This document shows positions 27,301 through 36,811 of a stretch of 64,000 nt of DNA, piece by piece; positions within the stretch are counted from its first letter, which is position 1; the number at the start of each line of letters is the position of its first letter. Source of the stretch: a virus; the IMG/VR virus record IMGVR_UViG_3300049979_000188, one strand, 5' to 3'. The notes under the pieces were generated by a model. It searched no databases. It was given only the letters and a program-made list of their open reading frames with translations, and had not been told where the DNA came from. The position numbers and the translations under genes are program-made.

Positions 27301-27672
27301 TTACGAGTTTGGGTCAAAATGACGGCAGCAGTGGTCGTGGCCGAGTCGCTCGACAAGTTTAGGCTCTACCAGGCACTGGCCGTAATCAGTGGTGCTGCTG
27401 GGCCCATACATGGCTAGGGCAGGCTTACTGCGCTTGTAGAAGCTGCAGTTACGGCACTGGCGTACCAGCGGCTCCGTGCTTACCGGTTCGGGCCACTGCA
27501 GCAAGCGTTTGAGCTGGTCACCGAGTTGGGCGGCTTGCTTGGACTCCGCCCCACTTAGGCCGTGCGTGGCCACGTGCTGGCCACCCTCGGCATCAAGGGC
27601 AAAAACGATTAGCTGCGTTGCCCCGAGCTGCTCGCGATAACGCTTGACGCTAGCAATGGTAATCTTTTCCAT
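27301..27672 (-). CDS. hypothetical protein with C-terminal Cys cluster
   Basis: CRNCSFY...GQC...CCRHF; follows promoter motif. Confidence 0.55.
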   Translation of the reverse strand: MEKITIASVKRYREQLGATQLIVFALDAEGGQHVATHGLSGAESKQAAQLGDQLKRLLQWPEPVSTEPLVRQCRNCSFYKRSKPALAMYGPSSTTDYGQCLVEPKLVERLGHDHCCRHFDPNS

Positions 27673-27700
27673 GGGTGTAGAAGAAAAAAATATGAAAGCC

Positions 27701-27731
27701 AGTTTACGCAAAACCCACCCTGTGTCGTTAC
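27701..27731 (-). promoter_or_regulatory. promoter motif GTAAC-N18-CGTAAACT
   Basis: -35 in terminator loop after helicase. Confidence 0.75.
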
Positions 27732-27749
27732 GGACTAAGGGTGGGTTTT
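27710..27749. terminator. intrinsic terminator
   Basis: AAAACCCACCCT/AGGGTGGGTTTT. Confidence 0.8.
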
Positions 27750-27755
27750 CTTATC

Positions 27756-30434
27756 TTATGCGTGCTTACTCAGGTAGTGCTTAGCCAGCGCCTGCATCCG
27801 GCTCTCGTCGCTGTACTGGTCCGCCGCTTCTTTCAAGGGGTCCACAATGCCGTGGGACTGGCTCGATTTTAAACCCAGTAGGTTAATGATAACCGGGTCC
27901 GAGCCGCTCTCCGACACCAGGTATATGGCCATTACCTGGTCTACTTGGCCGTCGCGGTCGATACGGCCCACTAATTGGTCGTGCACCTGGGGACTCCAAT
28001 CAAGCTCCCCAATGACAATGGTCTTGCAGATTTTCTGCAACCCATCCAGGCCGGCCCCCGAGCGCAGTGAAATTAAAAAGAGCTTGGTACGTCCCTCGAT
28101 AAAGGCCGTTTTAGCGTCGTGCTTCTGCTTTTCGCTCTCCGTGCCGCTGTACATGACCGGGTTATACTCAGCCAGCTCCTTGCGGACAATATCGTAACAG
28201 TTATGTACGACAGTTAAATCATCTAATAGAAATAGATGGTCGCCATCAGTTTCGAAACCATAATAAGTATCAACACCTATCGGTTCAATTCTAAGACCAG
28301 TCCTTAATACAGACTTAATTTGTCTGCGTACGTCAGGTTTTTTACGCTTCACACGGACCGTAAGCGCAGTTAAATCCCCTGAGATACGCACCGTGTGATA
28401 TACCTGAGCTGTATTATCGTAGGGTGTAGTTCTAGTGTAAGTCTTTAGGTAAGCCGCCAGGCCTAAAGACTTACATAAACGTGTGACATCTTCTGCCAAT
28501 TTTTTCGATTTATTGACAAAATCAGCACCCATAGCATTCCGATAAACATGCCCATCGGAATCAATTAAACCGCTTAGTAATTCCCAGCGCTCCGTAAGAC
28601 TTGCTGTTTGATAACAATGCGGAATATGCTTGTTATCAGCCAGTGACAGCGAGCGAAAATGACGTACCAACTTATTACGCGTTTTAACCCCTGTTGCGCC
28701 AGATGTTAAGTCATAAAAATAACAGCTATCACCATTAATGGTCTTGGTTGCTTTCACGCTAAGTGACCAGCGGTTTGCAATTAACTCAAGTTCGTCTCTT
28801 ATTTCAACGTCAGCTGAACACAAACGCATGGTGCGTAAATCTGAGGCGCCATCACCAAGCCAGAATCCTAATAACCAAGGTTCAACAACGGATTCCTGTT
28901 CAGGGTATACAAGAGCGTCAGCCCGATACAGTGTATAACTTTTTTGTTGCGAGGGATTCAAAGAATAAAAATCTCTCGCCGTCATAGTTTTGTAACCAGA
29001 CTTATTCTTATGTAGTGTTAGGATGTGACCGCTACTACACACCCAAGGCTCACCTTTCTTAGGTATGATTCTGAACATATCACCCACACCTAAGAAAGAC
29101 GAACGCACTTTCCTGGGTTTTGAATCAGGACCCATGAGTAAATCACCAGCTTTGACATTTTCGACGTTTAGAAAACTACCGTCGAAAGCGAGTACTTTGG
29201 TCCCTTTCCCAAAGCAATCCCGGTGCCAGAGGCCCAGTACCACTGGCTCGTCGGCTTCGAGCAGAATACGCACGTAATCGGCAATGGCCCGCGCCTTGGA
29301 TATGCCCGTGGTGTAGCGCGCGAGCATATCGAGCTCCTGGGCGGCCTGGCCCCGTTCAATAAAGGAGCCCGTCGTGACGCGCTGAGCTAGTTCGCGGGCC
29401 CGCTGCTCGCTTTTCTTGACTTCCTTCTCGTCGTACTCCACATAGTGGATAATGGTATTGATGGCGGGCAGCTCCCGGCCAACCTCCTGACGGGTACGCC
29501 GCAAAAAGAGGTGATTTTCCCGCAAAAAAGTCCCGAGGGCCTTTGGGTCGACCACCTTGTGGTTACGCCCGTAGGGCACGCACCATTCGCGTAGAAAATT
29601 ATCGCGCGTATCGAGGCAATCCGGGTTAATCAAGTCCAACACGTTGAACATCTCGTCGCCGTAATTGAAGATGGGCGTGGCCGAGAGGGCGCAGGTATAC
29701 TCGACGGAAGTAGAGAGGCACTTGCCCCCGGCGTACTTGGCGCTGGTGTAGTTGCGCAGCTCCTGAATCTCGTCAAAGATGGCCGAGCGAAAGAAGTTGG
29801 TCTTGAAAAAGACGCTCCAGCCCGCTAGCTGCGTGTACTTGAAAATGTAGACGTCAGCCTTGGGTAAGGTATAAGGCGTCGTCTTTTTGATGATGTGCAC
29901 CGTCAAATTGGTGAACTTCTCAATGACTTCCTCTTTCCACTGGCGCGTCATGTGGGTCTGCACGACGATGGCCACCGGCAAGGTACCCGGGGTAAAGAGG
30001 GTAAGCGTGGCCGAGAGGCTCTTGCCCAAGCCCAAGTCGTCACCGAGTAGCAACCGCTTTTGGCGGGCATGCAAGGGTGGAAACTGCAGTTGGTAGGGCC
30101 GCGCGGCGTAGCCGGGATTGAGCGTAATGGCCGGCGCCTGGTAATGGGGCGTCAGAATAGCTTCGAGCTCGTTAATATTGTCCTCGTACGCCTGGGCCTG
30201 CGCCGCTAAGACCTGCCGGTCGGCCTCGTCAATGCGCAAATGATAGCGCGAGCTGAACCAGAGTAAATCGGCGCTGTTCTGCGGCGTATCGGGAAAGCTA
30301 AAGGGAGGTACCGCCCCCTTGGGGATGCGCGGGAAGATGTTTTTGAGTTTGATGCTGACGTGGGGCTCGCACTGGGTTATGACGTAGCGCTTACGCGAGG
30401 CATCGTGCACGAGGGCACCGTAGGTTTTAGGCAT
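27756..30434 (-). CDS. SNF2-family helicase interrupted by an intein
   Basis: LLGDDLGLGKS (motif I), IFDEIQELR (II), LSATPI (III), SLRSGAGLDGLQ...ELDWSP..HDQLVGRIDRDGQ (V-VI). Confidence 0.92.
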   Translation of the reverse strand: MPKTYGALVHDASRKRYVITQCEPHVSIKLKNIFPRIPKGAVPPFSFPDTPQNSADLLWFSSRYHLRIDEADRQVLAAQAQAYEDNINELEAILTPHYQAPAITLNPGYAARPYQLQFPPLHARQKRLLLGDDLGLGKSLSATLTLFTPGTLPVAIVVQTHMTRQWKEEVIEKFTNLTVHIIKKTTPYTLPKADVYIFKYTQLAGWSVFFKTNFFRSAIFDEIQELRNYTSAKYAGGKCLSTSVEYTCALSATPIFNYGDEMFNVLDLINPDCLDTRDNFLREWCVPYGRNHKVVDPKALGTFLRENHLFLRRTRQEVGRELPAINTIIHYVEYDEKEVKKSEQRARELAQRVTTGSFIERGQAAQELDMLARYTTGISKARAIADYVRILLEADEPVVLGLWHRDCFGKGTKVLAFDGSFLNVENVKAGDLLMGPDSKPRKVRSSFLGVGDMFRIIPKKGEPWVCSSGHILTLHKNKSGYKTMTARDFYSLNPSQQKSYTLYRADALVYPEQESVVEPWLLGFWLGDGASDLRTMRLCSADVEIRDELELIANRWSLSVKATKTINGDSCYFYDLTSGATGVKTRNKLVRHFRSLSLADNKHIPHCYQTASLTERWELLSGLIDSDGHVYRNAMGADFVNKSKKLAEDVTRLCKSLGLAAYLKTYTRTTPYDNTAQVYHTVRISGDLTALTVRVKRKKPDVRRQIKSVLRTGLRIEPIGVDTYYGFETDGDHLFLLDDLTVVHNCYDIVRKELAEYNPVMYSGTESEKQKHDAKTAFIEGRTKLFLISLRSGAGLDGLQKICKTIVIGELDWSPQVHDQLVGRIDRDGQVDQVMAIYLVSESGSDPVIINLLGLKSSQSHGIVDPLKEAADQYSDESRMQALAKHYLSKHA
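28200..29216 (-). mobile_element. Intein with LAGLIDADG homing endonuclease (339 aa)
   Basis: Starts CFGKGTKVLAFDG after LWHRD; ends VVHN before +1 Cys; WLLGFWLGDG and LLSGLIDSDG motifs; visibly more AT-rich than flanks. Confidence 0.93.
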
Positions 30435-30442
30435 AATAGCTT

Positions 30443-30967
30443 TTAATCAGGGACGCGTTCGTGCACCACGTGTTGGTCACCACAAGTGAGGCAAGTGGCC
30501 AGGTTAAGGTTTTGGAGCTCCTTTTCCTCACCCATTCCGCCGTACGAGTAGGTTTCGGCTTGAGTCGTAAAGTTCTGCCCGCCGCAAGCTGGGCAACAAG
30601 CATGCAGGTGGCAATAGGCCGCGCGTAGCTCCGCCCATTTTGTTTTACGCCACTCGCTACCGGCGTAAAACAAAAACTGCGTAGGTATTACTTCATCTCG
30701 TCCAAAGCGGCCGTACAAGGCCGGGGTGTGGGCCAGACGCACGGATGGGTCAGCCCGGCGGGAGAGAATGTTGAGCGTAAGCGTACTGAGTAACCTAAAA
30801 TGCGTACACCGAGCCGTGAGCTCCGGGCTAACAGGTAAGCCAAAACGCTTTAAATCAGTCTCCAGCTGGTAGAGGCGGGTGTAATTGGCATTGTACTTAC
30901 GGTTCAAATCGCGCAAGCGCGTGCTGGCCTTACGCATCAGGGCCAGTTCCATGCGTTCCAAATTCAT
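30443..30967 (-). CDS. hypothetical protein with C-terminal Zn-ribbon
   Basis: CPACGG...CLTCG..HVVHERVP. Confidence 0.6.
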   Translation of the reverse strand: MNLERMELALMRKASTRLRDLNRKYNANYTRLYQLETDLKRFGLPVSPELTARCTHFRLLSTLTLNILSRRADPSVRLAHTPALYGRFGRDEVIPTQFLFYAGSEWRKTKWAELRAAYCHLHACCPACGGQNFTTQAETYSYGGMGEEKELQNLNLATCLTCGDQHVVHERVPD

Positions 30968-31284
30968 CCTATTTCAAGTAGTAAGGTTACGGAGGTAACC
31001 TGTTGGACGGTAAACTTTCGAAAGGGTACTCTCACCAAGGCATCCCGGTAATAGCCTGTCTTCGTGCCTTGGGTGCCCAGGCATTTGGACGACCAGTAGC
31101 CCGTGAGCCACCCGGATTTAGTTACGCGGAAAAAATCGTACAAATCCAGCTTGGTTTCCCCACCGCGCAGCGCATGCAGCGTAGAGACCACGCAACGGGT
31201 GCCCGTAATCTCGGCGCAGGCGCGGTAACCCGTGATAAAAGTCATTGCTGACAGACCAGGGCGAAGCTGGCCACAAAAAAACAT
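30964..31284 (-). CDS. hypothetical protein
   Basis: ORF tiles the gene run; start uncertain. Confidence 0.45.
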   Translation of the reverse strand: MFFCGQLRPGLSAMTFITGYRACAEITGTRCVVSTLHALRGGETKLDLYDFFRVTKSGWLTGYWSSKCLGTQGTKTGYYRDALVRVPFRKFTVQQVTSVTLLLEIG

Positions 31285-31393
31285 ACCCAGCCAACCTTAG
31301 CCGAAGTTGAATCTTCCTTATCCCCGCGGTCAATGCCGTAGCCACTAACCAGCAGCAGAATAAGGGCAAGTGCTATTTTAAAACCGTCGTGCA

Positions 31394-31594
31394 TTAGCAG
31401 GTCTCTTCTCCCAGCAACGGGGTTACGGGTGGACAAGCCGCGTGAAAATCACCAAATACTTTCAGCAGGTTCAACGAGAGCTTAAAGTTGATGGGCTGCG
31501 TATAGCGCAGCTCCTTACCACAACCTTCGCAGCGCCAGCCCGCTTCATCCTTTTTACTTTTAGGGTCAGTTTTGACCATCACAACCTCAGCCAT
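31394..31594 (-). CDS. small Cys/His protein
   Basis: CEGCG...HAAC. Confidence 0.45.
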   Translation of the reverse strand: MAEVVMVKTDPKSKKDEAGWRCEGCGKELRYTQPINFKLSLNLLKVFGDFHAACPPVTPLLGEETC

Positions 31595-31600
31595 AAGTAC

Positions 31601-31879
31601 TTAAAAAGGTAAACGCTCGTGGGTAGTATGCACGCTGCCGCAGGCACAGGTGCACGTGTTCAAATCTTTGTACGCATCTTCGCGGCCCTCGACCAGCGGA
31701 TAACTGACTAAGGTAGTAGTGTGCGGGATTGCACCACAAGCCGGGCAACGGCCATGGGCTAGCGCGTATGCCTGTCTAAAGCGCTGGCTGTCTTCACGGC
31801 CGGTTAGGGCCCGAATAAGCTCCTCTCGACTCAGGTGGGGGTTATTGCGGAGCGTAAGCTCGAAGTCAATCTCAGACAT
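31601..31879 (-). CDS. small Zn-ribbon protein, paralogous to the C-terminus of 30443..30967
   Basis: CPACGA...CTCACG..HTTHERLP. Confidence 0.6.
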   Translation of the reverse strand: MSEIDFELTLRNNPHLSREELIRALTGREDSQRFRQAYALAHGRCPACGAIPHTTTLVSYPLVEGREDAYKDLNTCTCACGSVHTTHERLPF

Positions 31880-31888
31880 AGGGATTAC

Positions 31889-32797
31889 TTAACGCGGGCT
31901 GACACCGGGAGCCAGCTCCCAGATTCGCCCTTGAACAGGTTGGTCGATAAAGCAGCAGGGGTGCGCCCCGTACCCGTAGCCCGGGCCGGCATCCACTAAT
32001 ACGAGGCCCAACTCCTGGGTTAACATAAAGTCGAGGGTCGCGCCAATTGCGGCCGTTTCCACCCCCTCGTTGACTTCCGCCAGCCACGGCACCAGGCCCA
32101 GCTCGGCGCGCTTCTCGTAGAGCGTTCTGCCGTACCAGCGACTCCAGCTCATCGCCTCCGAAAGCCAGCGCGGATACTGAAACTGCTCGCCCTGCGTGCG
32201 CAAGTCAATGGGCCCGGCCTGCGGGTAATACCAGCTTACGGCGCCTTCCGCTTCCAGGGTAGGACCCAGGAAGACGCGAAACTCTACCGGGTAGCCGTTT
32301 ACGCGAACCGGGGTCAGACGCGGCCGGCCCACAATGGTAATCTCCGGCATCCCCCAGTGCAGCTCAATCAGGCGCGGGTCGTCCAAGAAAAGAGGTAGCT
32401 TCTCGGGCAAGGGCTGCCCCTCACTCATAGCGTACTTAACCTGGTCGCCGGCGCAGAGCTCCGTGCGCCAGAACCCCCCCGCTTCCGCATAGGCCTCCGC
32501 CTTTGCCAGCTGCTCGGCGTCAACTCCGGTAAGCGAATGACCATCGAGCAACTCAAAGACGGCGGGCATGGAAATAGTCGCGATAACTTCCACGGGGATA
32601 TAGGGGACCCCGGCTACTTCGGCAATGCGGCACCAGGTCAAGATAGAGGCCGCCTGCATGAGTCCCGCCTGCTGGCCAACCGCTTCGGGCGCCACGCGGT
32701 GCTGACGGTAGTAGGTTTCTACGGCCGCGCAGCGAGCCAGGCCCTCGGCTACCCGCGCGTCCAGCAGTTCATTAAAGTTATCGGGGAAGAACTTCAT
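31889..32797 (-). CDS. Putative divergent ATP-grasp protein (R2K-like)
   Basis: FWRTE.C, VEFRVF, TLDFML...LVLVDAGP, GAHPCCF; start refined to MKFFPDN. Confidence 0.5.
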   Translation of the reverse strand: MKFFPDNFNELLDARVAEGLARCAAVETYYRQHRVAPEAVGQQAGLMQAASILTWCRIAEVAGVPYIPVEVIATISMPAVFELLDGHSLTGVDAEQLAKAEAYAEAGGFWRTELCAGDQVKYAMSEGQPLPEKLPLFLDDPRLIELHWGMPEITIVGRPRLTPVRVNGYPVEFRVFLGPTLEAEGAVSWYYPQAGPIDLRTQGEQFQYPRWLSEAMSWSRWYGRTLYEKRAELGLVPWLAEVNEGVETAAIGATLDFMLTQELGLVLVDAGPGYGYGAHPCCFIDQPVQGRIWELAPGVSPR

Positions 32798-33062
32798 TAT
32801 CGACGCCAGGTACGGGGTTATTGGAAATAAAATAGGCCTCGCGGGCTGCGAGCATATACTGCGCCTGTTGGTAGCACTCCTTGGCCACGTGCTCGAAAAA
32901 CTGCTCGGGATGGCGAATATTGATAGCGTTCGGATTCGCCATAAAGCCTTGCAATGCCAGGCCAGCAAAGTGGTCGAGCAGCGTTACTTGACCCGCCGTT
33001 GGGTTCTCCCGCACGCTTTGGGGACTGATTAGCCCTTGGGGCTCAGTTGTGTCGAGTTTCAT
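32778..33062 (-). CDS. small conserved phage protein
   Basis: LLDHFAGLALQGF.AN...A..CY..A..ML.AR pattern common in phages. Confidence 0.6.
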   Translation of the reverse strand: MKLDTTEPQGLISPQSVRENPTAGQVTLLDHFAGLALQGFMANPNAINIRHPEQFFEHVAKECYQQAQYMLAAREAYFISNNPVPGVDNEVLPR

Positions 33063-33072
33063 AGAAACGGAG

Positions 33073-33435
33073 TTAAAACCAGGCCAGGCCCAGGTTGAAT
33101 ACGAAGATAGGCTTCGAGTCAATAGCGGCTGGCATACCCATTACCTTATTAGTAACCAGGAGCAAGCCCTTTACCTCGTCAAATTGGCAATAGCGCTCGC
33201 ACTGGCGAAAAATGGCTTTCTTACTACCCGCAATTTTCACTTCGATGCCCAGGCCGTGCGGGGCCATAAAGTCGATAATGCTTTCGGGCGAAAGGACTAC
33301 TTCCTGGCCATCGAGCAGGCCTTGGTCACGTAGCAGAGCGGCCAGCTGCGTCTGCAACCCTTTTTCGTTGTGGAGCATGAAGCGCTTACCCCGTAGGGCC
33401 CGGGCAACCTGTTCGTAGGTCTGGCTAACGTTCAT
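33073..33435 (-). CDS. PD-(D/E)XK restriction-endonuclease-like protein
   Basis: IIDFM....GIEVK......RQCERY......LLLVT. Confidence 0.7.
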   Translation of the reverse strand: MNVSQTYEQVARALRGKRFMLHNEKGLQTQLAALLRDQGLLDGQEVVLSPESIIDFMAPHGLGIEVKIAGSKKAIFRQCERYCQFDEVKGLLLVTNKVMGMPAAIDSKPIFVFNLGLAWF

Positions 33436-33436
33436 C

Positions 33437-34135
33437 TTAAGCAGGTGTGCTGGGTGAGATAGATTCGCTAAGCAGGTAGGCTTTTCGCAGCAAATCTTGC
33501 GGAAGCTGCTTTTTACTGGGTTCTCCAATGGTATGGACGGCCACACCAGCCAGTAGCTTACGCAGGGAAGCTTGCTGCTCGCGCGTGGTCCCCACTATGC
33601 CGTAATGCCCTTCGAGTCGACCCAGGCTTACCAGATTGGGCGTTTGCCCGCCCCGCATTTTCAGATTGGGGTCGTAATAAGCCGCCACCAGCTGACGCGT
33701 GGTGGGGTAAAACAGGACGAATCCCTGACTGCTGCTGAGCAGGTAGCGCAGATACTTTTCGTCGACTATGCCAGGGCTAGTATAGGCTTTACCCAGGTAA
33801 GGGTCCTGTTTTGCGCCCGCTTCGAAGGTCAGACTATGCTGGGGCTTACCTGAATACAGCGGCCCCTCGTGAACCCAGAAATTACGCCAGCCAACCTTGA
33901 CTTCGCTCAGCTTGCCTCCCCTGGCCAGGTAACCCGATACCATGTCTACGACCCAGCAATTATCGGTCTGGCCGGTGGTGAAGCTTTGACCAGTCTCCGC
34001 GCATTTATACGAGAGGTAGCACGTCTCGACCTCAATACCGTTGAACTCCATAACGTAGAGCTCCGGCTGCAAGTGCACAAGGCCGTGCTCCGAGTACGGA
34101 CTGGGCAAGGTTTGCGGGATACTAAAGGGCGACAT
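33437..34135 (-). CDS. hypothetical protein
   Basis: 232-aa ORF tiling the gene run. Confidence 0.6.
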   Translation of the reverse strand: MSPFSIPQTLPSPYSEHGLVHLQPELYVMEFNGIEVETCYLSYKCAETGQSFTTGQTDNCWVVDMVSGYLARGGKLSEVKVGWRNFWVHEGPLYSGKPQHSLTFEAGAKQDPYLGKAYTSPGIVDEKYLRYLLSSSQGFVLFYPTTRQLVAAYYDPNLKMRGGQTPNLVSLGRLEGHYGIVGTTREQQASLRKLLAGVAVHTIGEPSKKQLPQDLLRKAYLLSESISPSTPA

Positions 34136-34142
34136 GGCGAGG

Positions 34143-34532
34143 TTACTTTTTAAGGGGGGCTAGCTTTTTGGCGGCACTCAGCTGTTTCTCAAAAATGGCA
34201 AACGCAGCGTGGAAGGCCGCTGTCTCCGCCTCGGCGCGGGTAGGGAAAAGCAGAAACTTATCTTCTTCCCAATCGAGGCGTTCCTTCACGAGGTCGTGGT
34301 AGGTAATGCGAAACCGAAAGTAGCCGGGTGTCAGGTTAGGCGGATGCCCGTCGATGAAAACCAAGAGTTGCTGCTCATCGAAGAAATAGAAGAGCTTACT
34401 CAAACCCAAGTGTAAAACCAGCGGGAGGGAATGAATCCAGGGTGTTTTCTGAATGTACTCGTGGCTGAGCGGGTAGCGCTGCTTGAGCAAATGCCAGGTA
34501 AGGCGCGCGTAGGTGTTGGTAGTATAAGCCAT
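34143..34532 (-). CDS. hypothetical protein
   Basis: ORF tiles the gene run. Confidence 0.55.
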   Translation of the reverse strand: MAYTTNTYARLTWHLLKQRYPLSHEYIQKTPWIHSLPLVLHLGLSKLFYFFDEQQLLVFIDGHPPNLTPGYFRFRITYHDLVKERLDWEEDKFLLFPTRAEAETAAFHAAFAIFEKQLSAAKKLAPLKK

Positions 34533-34752
34533 TAAACTTCAGTTTTACAAAGCGGGCAGAGCCAGCCCCACTTTTTTATGCGTTCCCAATCCTTGGCTCC
34601 AACTTGGACGGCTTCACAACGCCCGCAAACAAACAAGGTCAGGGTAGTTTGAAAGCCAATCCGCCCGCCTTCCGGGTTGCGGTCAGTTGCTTTACGCGCT
34701 GGGTTGGTATCGCGCAGCTGTGAGCTCTGAGTGGGTAGACCTTCAATGCGCA

Positions 34753-34965
34753 TTAGTATGTTGGTCGGCGTTGAACAGGGCAACGAAAGTTGGGACAACT
34801 GAAAAATTCAACTTGCCGGCAGGCATGTCCGCAGCTACCACATACAGCTATTACCGGGTTTGTATCCATTGGCTTAGCTACCGGCAAGAACTCAATCAGG
34901 GGCACGCCTAAGCGCAGCGCTTTTTGCGCGGGTGTTTCGGCTTGTTCGTTTAGTTCGGTTGACAT
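34753..34965 (-). CDS. small Cys-rich protein
   Basis: VCGSCG...CPNFRCPVQ; follows promoter motif. Confidence 0.5.
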   Translation of the reverse strand: MSTELNEQAETPAQKALRLGVPLIEFLPVAKPMDTNPVIAVCGSCGHACRQVEFFSCPNFRCPVQRRPTY

Positions 34966-34970
34966 GAGAC

Positions 34971-35001
34971 GGTGTACGTAAAAAAGGTTAGTGCGCGTTA
35001 C
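34971..35001 (-). promoter_or_regulatory. promoter motif GTAAC-N18-CGTACAC (variant)
   Basis: -35 overlaps TAA; weaker -10. Confidence 0.6.
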
Positions 35002-35630
35002 CCGCGATAGGTTGTCTGCGTGAGTGTATCGGCTGGCCCCTCCATTCCCCGCGTGTAAGGCCGGCGCGGCTCGCCCTTAGCCGTGTAGAAACTGTTGCCC
35101 ATCGGCTTTGCCTGGTAGGTGTAGTAGGGCGGGCGCCGAACAATATCGAGTACCCAGGTAAACTGCAGCTGAGGGCCGTTAAAATCATAGCCCTGCGCGT
35201 TTGGGTTGAAGCCCTCGGCCATGTGGCGGCGTATGAAACCGTTCTTGAGTAGGAGTTGCCCAATTTCTGTGGCCGCACGCTCTTCCAGGTAGCCCAATAC
35301 ATTTGGTCCATCCATATAGCGCTTACCGCTATCAAATTCATGCTTGCTTACGTGGGCATAGGCCCGAATCTCGTCCAGCTCCTTGGGGAGTTCGGCCGGG
35401 TGCCAGCCGTACTGCTGGGCCGCATTGACCAGCGTCAGCTGTTGAATAAACGTCAGGGCTGGGGGAGCTTGCGCAAAAGTCGGGGCTGGGCGGCCCAGGA
35501 GCTCCTCGAACTGCATGCGCGTGAGCCCGGAACGGAAGTAGACTGAGTCCTGGACCGAATACTCAGGTAGGGCGCGTAACCACTTAATGATGGAATCCAG
35601 CTCGGGCAAAGCAGTCGTAGGCGTACTCAT
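34998..35630 (-). CDS. hypothetical protein
   Basis: Stop codon overlaps promoter -35 element. Confidence 0.6.
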   Translation of the reverse strand: MSTPTTALPELDSIIKWLRALPEYSVQDSVYFRSGLTRMQFEELLGRPAPTFAQAPPALTFIQQLTLVNAAQQYGWHPAELPKELDEIRAYAHVSKHEFDSGKRYMDGPNVLGYLEERAATEIGQLLLKNGFIRRHMAEGFNPNAQGYDFNGPQLQFTWVLDIVRRPPYYTYQAKPMGNSFYTAKGEPRRPYTRGMEGPADTLTQTTYRG

Positions 35631-36043
35631 AGATGGGGGGCTAACACCTGCCAGAAACGAGCAGGTAAGTGAACGTTGGGAAGGTCGATGGCGTGCACAA
35701 AAAGCGGGGCAATCTGCTCAGGCTGATAGCCAGCGAGTCCACAGCCCACTTCCGTGACCAGGAAGGTAAGCTCGGGGTGCTGGTAAGCGCAGGCCAGAAA
35801 GGCAGCTACGTGCCAGGCAATCGCCGACAATGGCAAAGATACACTTAAATTGTGAGGTTTGGTAGGCAAGGCGTAAGTTTGCCCCACTAACCCTGTTTTC
35901 CCATACTGGGCGCCAATTTTCATGGCGAATTTAGCAGCCCCGGCCCCGTTAATCATGGCCAGGTTCGCCCCAAACACGAACACCTGCCCCACTTCCACGT
36001 GCGTGATGCGCTCGGACGTAATACGCTGCTGCCAGTTACTCAT
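35627..36043 (-). CDS. Macro-domain-like phage protein (A1S_2505-like)
   Basis: VFVFGANLA.INGAGAAKFA...GQTYALPTK...FLVTEVGCGLAGY. Confidence 0.7.
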   Translation of the reverse strand: MSNWQQRITSERITHVEVGQVFVFGANLAMINGAGAAKFAMKIGAQYGKTGLVGQTYALPTKPHNLSVSLPLSAIAWHVAAFLACAYQHPELTFLVTEVGCGLAGYQPEQIAPLFVHAIDLPNVHLPARFWQVLAPHL

Positions 36044-36309
36044 TGACCCGGCTTTACACCTAGCTTTTCCAGCCGCTTACGCGCTTCGCGAATCGTGAAT
36101 TCAGCTTCGGCAATCTCGGTGGTGAGCTCTTCGATTTCTTCGTCGCGCTCCAGTTCGGTTTCTTCTTCCCGGTGACACGTGGCGCAGATAACGATACCAG
36201 GATGCCACTTATCGGAGCCGTAACCATCGTGTAAATCAAACCAGTTGCCGCACTGCACGCAAGGGCAGGGGGCGTCCATGGCATCGGTATCGTCTTCAGA
36301 AGCAAACAT
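36040..36309 (-). CDS. small Zn-finger/coiled-coil protein
   Basis: CVQCG...ICATC plus acidic coil; start refined. Confidence 0.5.
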   Translation of the reverse strand: MFASEDDTDAMDAPCPCVQCGNWFDLHDGYGSDKWHPGIVICATCHREEETELERDEEIEELTTEIAEAEFTIREARKRLEKLGVKPGQ

Positions 36310-36310
36310 A

Positions 36311-36754
36311 CTAGTGGGAAATAGAGGTGATAAATTCCATCCATACGGGCAGCATGGAGGTAATACGTACGCGGGGATAGCGGCGCTTGAACTCGTCCAA
36401 AGGTAAGGTATGCCACCCGTCGTTGGCCAAGGGGTTGAGTACGTGGCCACTAGCATACACCAGGGCCCACCAACCGGTGCCCCATTCAGGGGGGATGGCG
36501 CAGCGCAGGATGCCGGGCCAGGGTGTCGAGGCCACAAAAGGCACGAAGCGCAGCGTAGTAGCATAGCCGAGCTCACGGGCCGCTCGGACAAAGGTTTGTC
36601 CGCCCCACTTTTTCTTGGGCGGTAGTACGCAACGCAAACGCTCACGCGCTTCTTCCAAAGGAAGACCCGTGAGCGTTGCCAGTAAGGCGAGTAGGTAGTC
36701 GTCTGGGTTACTGGTGGTGACCAGTTCGACTTCGTAAGCAGATTGCTGGGGCAT
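36311..36754 (-). CDS. hypothetical protein
   Basis: ORF tiles the gene run. Confidence 0.55.
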   Translation of the reverse strand: MPQQSAYEVELVTTSNPDDYLLALLATLTGLPLEEARERLRCVLPPKKKWGGQTFVRAARELGYATTLRFVPFVASTPWPGILRCAIPPEWGTGWWALVYASGHVLNPLANDGWHTLPLDEFKRRYPRVRITSMLPVWMEFITSISH

Positions 36755-36811
36755 CGGTTAAATTATACGAGTCGACCGGCCTGGCGGAAGAGCTTTCACT
36801 TTTTCTGAAAA

